The position numbers and the translations under genes were made by a program. The notes beneath the pieces are model-generated. The model saw only the letters and a program-made list of their open reading frames with translations, did not search any database and had not been told where the DNA came from. Shown in pieces: positions 10,176 through 18,743 of a stretch of 64,000 bases of DNA. Each line of letters begins with the position of its first letter. The stretch's first letter is position 1. This stretch comes from an uncultured Acidiferrobacteraceae bacterium (GTDB taxonomy: Bacteria > Pseudomonadota > Gammaproteobacteria > Arenicellales > UBA868): the NCBI GenBank assembly GCA_964484965.1, contig CAZAHE010000004.1:829-64828 (forward strand). Reading direction: 5' to 3'.

Positions 10176-11366
10176 CTACTCAAATTCGAGTGTTTTACCA
10201 GTCAGGCCAAGCGCTAATTTTCCCACGGTCTCAATAATCCGGTCGTTGGCAGGCGGCATGACGAGGCCCGGTATTGCATCACGCAAATATTGCTGCATCG
10301 GGAGGTCCCGGCTGATGCCGCTACCACCCATCATGCGCAAGCCTTTCTGTGAGATTTCATAAGCCGCTTCGGTTGCAAGAAATTTTGCCTGATTCAACAT
10401 GTAGGTGAGATTATCCTTGGACAACGTACCACGCAGCAAAACAAGCTTTTCGGTCGCGCGCCTCGCGCTCTCTATGGTCATTGAAAGTTCGCCGATCTGC
10501 CGCTGAACCCGGATCGCCTGTGCGGAGTTGTCCTCAAAGTAGCCAAGTTGTTTACGCGCGTGTTCGAGACAACACGCATAAGCTGCTTCGGCAATGCCTA
10601 CATAGACCGCGGTATAACCGAGAGACCAGAAACTGAGGTCCTTAGTCAGGATAATCCCGGGTGTTCCGATCACTTCCGTGGATTCCAGACGCACGTTGTC
10701 AAAGTTGATCGAATTCGATGCAGTTGCCCTCATGCCGAGGGTATCCCAGTCGTCGAGCACTTCGATCCCGGGCCGATTCGATGGCACCATCACGTTGAGC
10801 AGACCGTCAGCCAGTGATGTGGAATCGTCTAGTCGACTCCATGTGAAGTAGTAACGAGCAGCTGTTGATAGCGAACACCAGGCTTTGGTGCCGCTTAGGC
10901 GATAGCCATCATTATCGCGAGATATGCTTGTTTTGACGCGAAAGGTATCGCGAAATGAACTCGCCGGTTCACTGGTAATCGAGGCAAGCAGAGCACCGTC
11001 ATTGACCACTTCAGTGAAATATTTCTTTTTTTGTGCGGGCGATGCAATTTGGCCGAGAAAGTCGATGATGGCGCAGTGCATGTTGAAGGTCAGTCCTGTT
11101 GAGGCACATCCCTGTGCGATTTCGGACAATACTCCGACATACGTCACCGAATCCGCGCCACCCCCTCCGTATGCTTCCGGCACGGTCAGTGATAACAACC
11201 CGCTTGCCCGCAGATCCTTGTAATTCTCAGACGGAAATCGGTTTTCTCGATCCATCTGCGCGGCACGCTCTCGTAAGGGGCCTTGTCCAAGCGAACGAGC
11301 CAAATCGACCCAGTCGGATTGACCGGCTCGCATATGAGCGCGCAATAACTCGGCAACTGCCGCCAT
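10176..11366 (-). CDS. Acyl-CoA dehydrogenase family protein
   Basis: 396 aa with ASITSEPASS and GTKAWCS motifs and a C-terminal four-helix region. Confidence 0.75.
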   Translation of the reverse strand: MAAVAELLRAHMRAGQSDWVDLARSLGQGPLRERAAQMDRENRFPSENYKDLRASGLLSLTVPEAYGGGGADSVTYVGVLSEIAQGCASTGLTFNMHCAIIDFLGQIASPAQKKKYFTEVVNDGALLASITSEPASSFRDTFRVKTSISRDNDGYRLSGTKAWCSLSTAARYYFTWSRLDDSTSLADGLLNVMVPSNRPGIEVLDDWDTLGMRATASNSINFDNVRLESTEVIGTPGIILTKDLSFWSLGYTAVYVGIAEAAYACCLEHARKQLGYFEDNSAQAIRVQRQIGELSMTIESARRATEKLVLLRGTLSKDNLTYMLNQAKFLATEAAYEISQKGLRMMGGSGISRDLPMQQYLRDAIPGLVMPPANDRIIETVGKLALGLTGKTLEFE

Positions 11367-11543
11367 TAGAGTCGTATCGCCCGGTATCGGGGAAGTGTCA
11401 TGTGATCTCCCGGGTCATTGATTAGTGGATCACTTGAAGTGTTTTGGGGCATTGATACTATTGTAATAGGATCAGAAAAAATATTTTCGAATGGGTGGTT
11501 GTTTGATTATCAGGTTAAAACTCTATCAATAGGAGGAGATGTT

Positions 11544-12068
11544 ATGGCGCAGGGAATTACCGTTGCCAAATTTAGGGATGTCGCTGACGGGTTACAAGAA
11601 GGCCAATTCGCCATCGGCGATCGTGAGACCCTCGATAGCCTGGACGCACTAGATCCTATTTACAAGGATTTACTCGATCGGCCAATCACTATCACTCTCG
11701 GTCTCATTGGTCCTGATGGTCGAGTCGGATTGACGCCTATGTGGTTCGACTACGAAGGCGATTATGTGCTGGTAAATACCGCTGCACACCGTCCAAAGTG
11801 CGGTTGGATTCGAAACAACCCCGAACTGACAATCTTGGTTGTCAACCCCGACAATCCGTATCACTGGGTTCAGATCAAATGTACTGTGGAGCGTGAAGAG
11901 CTCGAGGACGGGCCTGGTGGAGAACGGGTGACGCGTCAAGTCGACAAGATCTGGCAGAAGTACACCGGCAATGAACCACCTTATGGTCTGAGAGACCCGG
12001 CGATTGAAGAGAAACGAGTACTGTTCGTATGCCGTATCGATCGTATCGCTACTTTCGGTAAGCCTTGA
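11544..12068 (+). CDS. Pyridoxamine 5-prime-phosphate oxidase-like (split-barrel flavin-binding) family protein
   Basis: ITLGLIGPDGRVGLTPMWFDYEGDYVLVNT motif. AGGAGG (11531-11536) lies 7 nt before ATG 11544; the longer ORF from 11418 has no support. Confidence 0.6.
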   Translation: MAQGITVAKFRDVADGLQEGQFAIGDRETLDSLDALDPIYKDLLDRPITITLGLIGPDGRVGLTPMWFDYEGDYVLVNTAAHRPKCGWIRNNPELTILVVNPDNPYHWVQIKCTVEREELEDGPGGERVTRQVDKIWQKYTGNEPPYGLRDPAIEEKRVLFVCRIDRIATFGKP

Positions 12069-12169
12069 GACAGTGGCGGTACATTCACTATGGATTACGT
12101 GTCAAACGGATTGTGTATTGTTCCTCAAGCGCCACGGTGCGGCGTTAGCCCAATTCTGAATGTAATGCG

Positions 12170-13291
12170 ATGAAGATTGAGCGAGTCGAGGTGCGTGTCG
12201 TTGGCCCGGAATCTCGACACTACACCTGGTCAGATGACCTGCCCGCGCAACATCAAAGTAATACACTGTTGCGATGTTTTACGGACAGCGGGCTGGAGGG
12301 GGTCGCGGGTGTGTGGAACGCAACGTCGTTTGATTACGATCGCTACACAGCTGAGTCGCTGCGTCACCTGATCCCCATCCTGATTGGGAGAAATCCGCTG
12401 GAGCGTGATACGCTGCTGCATGACTTGCGGCCAAGGGTCTTCCCCCAGCCACCGGGCGCACTGGCTGTGATTGACATTGCCCTTTGGGATATTGCTGCTA
12501 AAGCACAAGGGCTACCGTTGTACCAGCTGCTGGGCGGCAAATTCGACAGGATTCACGCTTATGCCAGCACACCAATGATCGAGAGCGTGGCTGGCTATAT
12601 GGATTTGCTCGCTGAACTGATCGATGAGGGATTTGGCGCAGTCAAACTGCACACCTGGTGTGTGCCCGAACGGGATCTTGCCCTGGCGCGTGAAGCCCGC
12701 CGGCAGTTTCCAGACCTGGGCTTAATGCTGGACGCAGAGAATAATTACGACCAAGCCGCTGCGCTGCGTGTCGCGCGTGAACTAGAGGCACTTGAATTCA
12801 CGTGGTTAGAAGCACCATTGCCGGACTGGGATCTTGCAGGTTACCGGGCACTGACGGGTGAGGTCGGCATGCCGGTCATCCCGTCTGGTAACTGGATTCA
12901 AGATTTATCATTGTTTTCTGAAACCCTGCAAACGGGTGCATGGAAGCGCAGCCGCACTGATGCAACGATTCTCGGGGGTATTACACCCGCACGGCAGGCC
13001 GTGGCCTTGTCTGAGGCTGTCGGAATGAAGTGTGAATTGATGTCATGGGGATACACACTGCCCTCCGCGGCCAATCTCCACTTGATGTTGGGGTGTGGAA
13101 ATTGTTCTTATTATGAGCAGCCGCTACCCTATGAGACCTTTGAATACGGGATGTTCGAAACGATCCGTACCCAAGCCGATGGCTATGTTTATGCACCGAC
13201 CGCGCCTGGCGTTGGCTTAGCGATCGACTGGGCTGCAATGGAGGATGCAACAATCCATAAAATCGTATGTGATCGAAGTTCTTTGAATTGA
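12170..13291 (+). CDS. Enolase-superfamily enzyme (mandelate racemase / muconate lactonizing family)
   Basis: Metal-ligand motifs LMLDAENNY and WLEAPLP; 373 aa. Confidence 0.8.
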   Translation: MKIERVEVRVVGPESRHYTWSDDLPAQHQSNTLLRCFTDSGLEGVAGVWNATSFDYDRYTAESLRHLIPILIGRNPLERDTLLHDLRPRVFPQPPGALAVIDIALWDIAAKAQGLPLYQLLGGKFDRIHAYASTPMIESVAGYMDLLAELIDEGFGAVKLHTWCVPERDLALAREARRQFPDLGLMLDAENNYDQAAALRVARELEALEFTWLEAPLPDWDLAGYRALTGEVGMPVIPSGNWIQDLSLFSETLQTGAWKRSRTDATILGGITPARQAVALSEAVGMKCELMSWGYTLPSAANLHLMLGCGNCSYYEQPLPYETFEYGMFETIRTQADGYVYAPTAPGVGLAIDWAAMEDATIHKIVCDRSSLN

Positions 13292-13402
13292 TATGGGATA
13301 GTCGACGACGAGTTGGGCGCTTATCTACACATTGTTGTCTATGCCAGATCAATCAAGTGGGACTGACGGTGATAGGATGACTATGACAAAGGAGACAAGA
13401 GT

Positions 13403-14131
13403 ATGGCGATCGTTACCGAAGCATTGAATTATTCTGCGGCAGGTACTGCATTGCATGGACACCTGGCTTACGACGAGACGGCCAGTGGCGAACGTCCTGG
13501 TGTATTGCTGATCCACGAATGGTGGGGGCTGAATGACTACATGCGACAGCGCGCAGCCCAAATTGCGGAACTTGGTTACGCCGCTCTGGCAATTGACATG
13601 TACGGTGCGGGACAGATCGGCAGCAATCCGGACGAGGCAGGCGCGTTGATGACAGCCGTGTTGGAAGATATGAAAACAGGTACAGCGCGGTTGCAGGGCG
13701 CGTTTGAGGCGCTTGCTGGACATGCTTTGGTAGATAGCCAGCGCATCGCCGCCATGGGTTATTGTTTTGGTGGTGCTATGTCACTGCACATGGCCAGAAT
13801 CGGCATGCCGATCAAAGCGGCAGTTAGTTTTCACGGTGCGCTAGGGTCGTTTCACAAGCCTTCTGCTGGTGAGGTAAAGGCCAAGATTTTGGTGTGCCAT
13901 GGCGCAGCTGACAGCCTGGTGCCCGATGAAGATGTGGAAAATTTCCATGCAGAAATGCGTGACGCACAGGCCGATGTCGAATTTGTCGCGTATGAGGGTG
14001 CGTTGCACGGTTTTACCAGCCGTGAAGCGTCTGCCAACGGCGAGAAATATGGATTACCACTGGCCTATGACGAAGCGGCCGATCGTGAGTCGTGGAGTGC
14101 CATGAAGGAGCTGTTTAGCCAGGTCTTCTGA
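13403..14131 (+). CDS. Dienelactone hydrolase family protein
   Basis: VLLIHEWWGL and the nucleophile motif GYCFGG; GGAGA lies 7 nt upstream of the ATG. Confidence 0.85.
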   Translation: MAIVTEALNYSAAGTALHGHLAYDETASGERPGVLLIHEWWGLNDYMRQRAAQIAELGYAALAIDMYGAGQIGSNPDEAGALMTAVLEDMKTGTARLQGAFEALAGHALVDSQRIAAMGYCFGGAMSLHMARIGMPIKAAVSFHGALGSFHKPSAGEVKAKILVCHGAADSLVPDEDVENFHAEMRDAQADVEFVAYEGALHGFTSREASANGEKYGLPLAYDEAADRESWSAMKELFSQVF

Positions 14132-14179
14132 TATGAATTGGTGATTCGGTGTTCAGCGAGGATTGCCCAGGTAGCGGGG

Positions 14180-14920
14180 TTACAGCGCGAGTCGAATAAT
14201 CAGGCTCAGGCCGAGGAAGATCAGTAGGGCGAGAATAGTTTTCCGGAATGCTGTTGGCGACAGCCATCGGCGAAAGAGTGCTCCGAGTTGAACACCGGCA
14301 TAGACCAAGATGACCCCAATCAGAGAGATCACAAAGATTTCCAGAGTCATTAGGCCGAGTTGAGAAAGGCCAAGTGCCATCAACAGGCTGCACAGAGTGA
14401 AGGCGATATTGGAAGCCTGCACGAAGTGGTCTCTGTGCAACGGCAGCGACAGCAGGTAGGGTACGACGGGAAAAACTTGTGAGCCGGTCATGCCGTTGAG
14501 AATGCCGGTAATGCTTCCGACTGGTGCCTGCAGCCAGCGTGCCAGCCGGCGGTTCAATTGGAAAGATGCATTGCATAGAGCGACTATGCTATAGGCAACC
14601 AATGTCAGGCCAAGCACTGCCGCACAAGTCCGCGCGTCAAGCCATTTGAGCAGCGCAAGTCCAATGCAAATTCCTGGCACAGTCGCGATATAAAGCGGCC
14701 AGAATTGAGACCAGCTTGCACGAAAATGCCCCGCGTCCTTCATCACAATTAAATTGCTGAGTATCGAAGGGATGATCAGCAGGGGCAGCGTTTGTTTGAG
14801 TCCAATCGACAGCACCAGGAACGGCAGAGCCGTCGTTGAAAATCCAAGTCCAGTTACCCCTTTAACGAAGGCGGCGAAGAAAAACACTGTACCGATAACC
14901 AAGAACTCTTCTTTAGCCAA
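14180..14920 (-). CDS. TauE/SafE family sulfite/anion exporter
   Basis: 246-aa polytopic membrane protein with the two-repeat TauE pattern. TTG start is preceded by GGAGG (9-nt spacer). Confidence 0.7.
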   Translation of the reverse strand: MAKEEFLVIGTVFFFAAFVKGVTGLGFSTTALPFLVLSIGLKQTLPLLIIPSILSNLIVMKDAGHFRASWSQFWPLYIATVPGICIGLALLKWLDARTCAAVLGLTLVAYSIVALCNASFQLNRRLARWLQAPVGSITGILNGMTGSQVFPVVPYLLSLPLHRDHFVQASNIAFTLCSLLMALGLSQLGLMTLEIFVISLIGVILVYAGVQLGALFRRWLSPTAFRKTILALLIFLGLSLIIRLAL

Positions 14921-14956
14921 CGGACACGACCTCCGTCATGTCGGTAGCGTGTCCAG

Positions 14957-15655
14957 CTATTCCCCGAATTGTCGTGCTCCCCACAACACCGAGCGCTCCT
15001 CTTCGCTGTAATCCGAAGCGCTGCCCTGACGTTCTTGTTCGGCCATCACCGACAGCCCACGTTGGACCGCCGCCCTTTGTTGTAGTCGCTCCAGCCACAG
15101 TGCTACGTTTGGAAAGTGATCAATGTTTTGTCCCTGGTTTTTCCAGTTGCGAAGCCACGGCAATGTGGCGATGTCTGCAATGGAGTATTCGTCAACCAGA
15201 TACCTGCGGTCTTGCAGGCGTTGATCGACCACTCGAAACAGCCTGGAGGTCTCATTGACATATCGATCTATAGCGTAGGGAATTTGTTCCGTTGCATAGT
15301 TTCGAAAGTGATGACATTGACCGAGCATAGGGCCGACATGGGCAACCTGGAAGAATAACCATTGCAAAGTCTGTGAACGTAACCGGGGTTGATCCGCAAT
15401 CAAGCGTCGATGCTTCTCTGCGAAATACAGAAGAATTGCACCGGATTCGAACATCGCGATCGGTTCCCCAGACTCGGTATCATGATCGACGACAGCGGGT
15501 ATACGGTTGTTCGGTGAAATTTTTAGGAATTCTGGTTCGAACTGTTCACCGTGCATGATGTCCACTGGAATGATGTTGTAATCAAGGCCGAGTTCTTCCA
15601 ACAAAACAGTAACCTTCCAACCGTTGTAGGTTGGCCAGAAATATAGGTCAATCAT
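14957..15655 (-). CDS. Nu-class glutathione S-transferase (YfcG/YghU-like)
   Basis: FLKISPNNRIPAVVD and ESGAILLYFAEK motifs; paralogue of 37072..37800. Confidence 0.85.
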   Translation of the reverse strand: MIDLYFWPTYNGWKVTVLLEELGLDYNIIPVDIMHGEQFEPEFLKISPNNRIPAVVDHDTESGEPIAMFESGAILLYFAEKHRRLIADQPRLRSQTLQWLFFQVAHVGPMLGQCHHFRNYATEQIPYAIDRYVNETSRLFRVVDQRLQDRRYLVDEYSIADIATLPWLRNWKNQGQNIDHFPNVALWLERLQQRAAVQRGLSVMAEQERQGSASDYSEEERSVLWGARQFGE

Positions 15656-15706
15656 GTTAAATCACATCTGTGAAGGCGTTGACATTTATTCTTATTTTAT
15701 TGGTAT

Positions 15707-16084
15707 TTAATCAGCCAGTTCGTCTTCCGCACCATTAATTGGGATCGTCGTAATCTTGTTGATTGTGTCTGGTTCAATACAGCGGACATTGACACTGACC
15801 TGATCGGGATGTGACCGGGGCACATAGAAAGACTTTATGCCGCAGGTCTTGCAGAAGTGGTGCTGCGCGATTCCGGTATTGAAGGTATACGTGACCAGAT
15901 TTGAGTGACCTGAAATCAAATGAAATCGATCTCGCGGAACCACTAGGTGAAGATAGGCGAGTAACTGGCAGATCGAACAATTGCAGTCGTACACATCAAT
16001 GTTTTCCGCAGCGTGCACTTCAAAACGAACCTCGCCACAATGGCATCCGCCCCGATGAATGACTATGTCAGGATTGGCAGGCAT
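15707..16084 (-). CDS. GFA (glutathione-dependent formaldehyde-activating / CENP-V-like) zinc protein
   Basis: Cys clusters GGCHCGEVRF, CNCSICQ and FCKTCG. Confidence 0.85.
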   Translation of the reverse strand: MPANPDIVIHRGGCHCGEVRFEVHAAENIDVYDCNCSICQLLAYLHLVVPRDRFHLISGHSNLVTYTFNTGIAQHHFCKTCGIKSFYVPRSHPDQVSVNVRCIEPDTINKITTIPINGAEDELAD

Positions 16085-16121
16085 TTCTTTGACGGCTTGA
16101 TGTCATAACGCCGTGTTTTAC

Positions 16122-16571
16122 TTAAACCAGTTCCCGTGTCAGTTGAAAAATCTGACAGCCATTGATCTTCCAGGCGCCGCTGTCATCCTTGACCATTGGA
16201 TAGAGTGCAAGCCAGCGGTAACCATCGCTGGCAATCAACTGAACTTGGTAGACCGGAATATCAAGTCTCTGATCGAGACCGTCGAAGCGAACGCTCAAAG
16301 GATTCAGTAGCACGGCGTAGCCTTCTTGGACCATTGTCATGAAGGCGGCAGAGTTGGGGAATCGGCGCTTAATATTGTCTGATGCATAACCATAGGCAAG
16401 ATCGAATTGACCTTGCCTGAACGCGTTCAGTTGGGCACGCACCACAACTTTTATTTCATTCTCATCGGCAACGTTGAAAGATGGTTTCGCGTGATCTGCC
16501 CAAGCAAATACCGAAGACATCTGCAAGAGAACGGCCAGCATGAATAGAACGGGAGGCTTACGGTGTCGCAT
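16122..16571 (-). CDS. Secreted DUF4864-like (NTF2-fold) protein
   Basis: Signal-peptide-like VLFMLAVLLQMSSVFAWA. ATG 16571 lies two codons inside the TTG-started ORF. The family call is from memory of the DUF4864 pattern. Confidence 0.5.
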   Translation of the reverse strand: MRHRKPPVLFMLAVLLQMSSVFAWADHAKPSFNVADENEIKVVVRAQLNAFRQGQFDLAYGYASDNIKRRFPNSAAFMTMVQEGYAVLLNPLSVRFDGLDQRLDIPVYQVQLIASDGYRWLALYPMVKDDSGAWKINGCQIFQLTRELV

Positions 16572-16640
16572 TATCAACCTTATTTAGCAGTTAGAAACGT
16601 CTTGGCAAATAGCGAGTCAGTCCGGCTATTCCCAACATAC

Positions 16641-17759
16641 CTACAGCAACGCTAACAAAGACAGCAGGTAATTCAAAGAAGCGGAGTAAAACAGAAAAAC
16701 TCCCCGGTGGCAGCAGTTGGGCCATATCACGATGGGTGTGTTGTAAAAACCTGTCATTGCCGGGCGCTCCCTGGCTCTCACGGCCCGCAGAAACGGGCCA
16801 TTTCCGGCAGCGTCTAGTGGCGTGACAGTTGCGGCGGCAACAAGCCACATGGCAGCACCAAGCCATGCGACGCCGGCGATAATGCTCAAGACCAGCATAA
16901 GAATAGCGGTTACCAGGGCACTCCAGAGCATCATCCGGCGCAGGCCGTAACGACGACCTACCCAACCCCAAAAATGGACCGTCAGCACCATCCCAACCCC
17001 GGCCGATACGATGAAGCCACCGACGACTGGGCCTAGACCCGAGGTCACTGCGTAGAGGGGTGCATAGATAAAGAAAATACTCCACCAGCCCGCGCGCCCA
17101 AGTGCCAATACCCAAGCGAGCCTTAATCTAGGTTGAGCTGCAAAGTGCCGAATGTAACCGACGGGGTTGGCTGACATTTGCCGCATTGGTTCTTGTGGAA
17201 GACGGTGCAGCCGGATAGCGAACATGAAAACAATCGTAAGGACTGCAAATAATCCAGAGCACATGAAGGCCGTCGATGCGGATACTTGTTCTCGTAACAG
17301 AACCCCTAGCCAGGGTCCAATTAGGAACCCTATAACCATGAAAAACACCCGCATTGGTTCAAATCGTTGGATATCTTTGCGTTTGACAACGCGCATGATG
17401 AATAAGGTGAGTGCGATTTCGATTGCAGCTGAGCCGGCAGCGTAAAAGATCATCCCTAAGACAAATAGATATAGATGGTGGCTATTCAGCAGCAAGGCGG
17501 CTAAAACTGAAATGATTCCACCTAAAACCAAGATTCCCCGCGCCAGCAACCGCGATGCAATGGTCGGGATCGTTAAACTGAAAAAAACGGACGCGGTACC
17601 GGATAGAAAATACAGTATGCTCACTTTTTGCACATCACCCATTAGAGCGAGTGCCTCAATGGGAATAACGGATACCAGAAGTGATCGTGGCAACACCGCC
17701 ACGGTAAATAAAGATGCAAATATCGTTAGCGAGGGGCCTGGAGGTCTAGGAGGATTCAC
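16641..17759 (-). CDS. MFS transporter, probably frameshifted near 16745-16749 (alternative C-terminus runs to 16591)
   Basis: Only 11 helices in this frame. The last ~50 aa of the overlapping frame (16591..) supply helices 11-12 plus a basic tail. See finding. Confidence 0.7.
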   Translation of the reverse strand: MNPPRPPGPSLTIFASLFTVAVLPRSLLVSVIPIEALALMGDVQKVSILYFLSGTASVFFSLTIPTIASRLLARGILVLGGIISVLAALLLNSHHLYLFVLGMIFYAAGSAAIEIALTLFIMRVVKRKDIQRFEPMRVFFMVIGFLIGPWLGVLLREQVSASTAFMCSGLFAVLTIVFMFAIRLHRLPQEPMRQMSANPVGYIRHFAAQPRLRLAWVLALGRAGWWSIFFIYAPLYAVTSGLGPVVGGFIVSAGVGMVLTVHFWGWVGRRYGLRRMMLWSALVTAILMLVLSIIAGVAWLGAAMWLVAAATVTPLDAAGNGPFLRAVRARERPAMTGFYNTPIVIWPNCCHRGVFLFYSASLNYLLSLLALL

Positions 17760-17853
17760 TCGCTAAGATCGTGGTCAAACAGTTGTCAGACAGGTTCGTG
17801 AGAAGGAGACATTCGAATTTGACTGCGGGAACAGTTCCAAGAGCGGCTGACCT

Positions 17854-18609
17854 CTAAAACAACTCCAATAATTGCCCGAACTGTGGCATCTGATCCTCAA
17901 CACCGATCGATCTCAACGCATGCCAATAGAGGGCAGTATTGATGGCAATCACAGGTTTGCCAATAATTTTTTCCTGGTTAGCTGCTAATCGCACCATTGA
18001 TAGGTTTGTACCGACTTGCACGATGGCATCAATATCGTCACCGTCGAGGTCGTACAATGCCTGGGTCAGAGTAGCATTGTCCTGTTCTGCAATATTGATC
18101 GGGCTCGTAGCTTTTAGTCCAATCAGTCGGCGTACCTCGAATCCACATTGTCCAAAGTAGTGACGGACCCGTTCGTCTGCAACTGGCCAGTAGGGCGTTA
18201 GTACGGCAAGGTGGTGGGCGCCGACAGCCCGTATGGCATGGCGGGCCGCATCAGACCCTAAAGTGATGGATACGCCAGCACGATCGCTCAGCCGATCCTT
18301 GATGGCGTCAGCGCCTTCGGCGCCATCCCAGAACGACTCGGCAGATATTCCAATAATGATGTGGTCAAGTGCTGCAGGGACAAGACCATCGATTGCTTGA
18401 TCGAGATTCTCCTTGATCTCTTCGACCAGTCGTAAGAAGTCGGCATCGCTTTGAAGAGACATATTGCTTAATTGAAAACGATTTGTGTGGTTGCTGACGC
18501 CGCTCGGTGCCATCTGGTGGAATTCGGGTTCTACGATAGTATTTGTTGCCGGAACAACGACACCAATTTTTCGACGTGAGCCGAGGACATCCTTATGTCG
18601 CATTTCCAT
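17854..18609 (-). CDS. Asp/Glu-racemase superfamily protein lacking both catalytic cysteines
   Basis: KIGVVVPATNTIVEPEF N-terminus. The positions equivalent to the Cys motifs read IIGISAESF and VQVGTNLSM. Confidence 0.75.
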   Translation of the reverse strand: MEMRHKDVLGSRRKIGVVVPATNTIVEPEFHQMAPSGVSNHTNRFQLSNMSLQSDADFLRLVEEIKENLDQAIDGLVPAALDHIIIGISAESFWDGAEGADAIKDRLSDRAGVSITLGSDAARHAIRAVGAHHLAVLTPYWPVADERVRHYFGQCGFEVRRLIGLKATSPINIAEQDNATLTQALYDLDGDDIDAIVQVGTNLSMVRLAANQEKIIGKPVIAINTALYWHALRSIGVEDQMPQFGQLLELF

Positions 18610-18682
18610 AATGGGTGCTTAAATTCAAATTACCAGTCAGATAATGGTGCTTGTGATGATGGTCAACAGCGGATTAGAAAAG

Positions 18683-18715
18683 TCACCATCGTTTATTTCA
18701 CAGTGAAATAGGTGA
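18683..18715. repeat. Inverted repeat: perfect 15-bp palindrome ATTTCAC-A-GTGAAAT (18695-18709) flanked by TCACC (18683-18687) / GGTGA (18711-18715)
   Basis: Read directly from the sequence. Lies in the 134-nt spacer between the M20 gene stop and the racemase-like gene start. Confidence 0.5.
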
Positions 18716-18743
18716 TCACTGTTGCCTTGCGAAAAGGCCATAG

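Noticed and set aside
2969-12068. Calling the LLM oxidoreductase (2969..3916) and the PPOX-like protein (11544..12068) F420-dependent
   Set aside because: Both families contain FMN- and F420-using clades. No F420 biosynthesis genes are visible here, and the cofactor cannot be inferred from motifs read by eye.
16850-17115. 5-prime two-thirds of the 174-aa minus-strand ORF 16591..17115
   Set aside because: This part is Arg/Cys/Pro-rich nonsense overlapping the MFS gene in another frame. Only its last ~50 codons look real and are treated under the frameshift finding.
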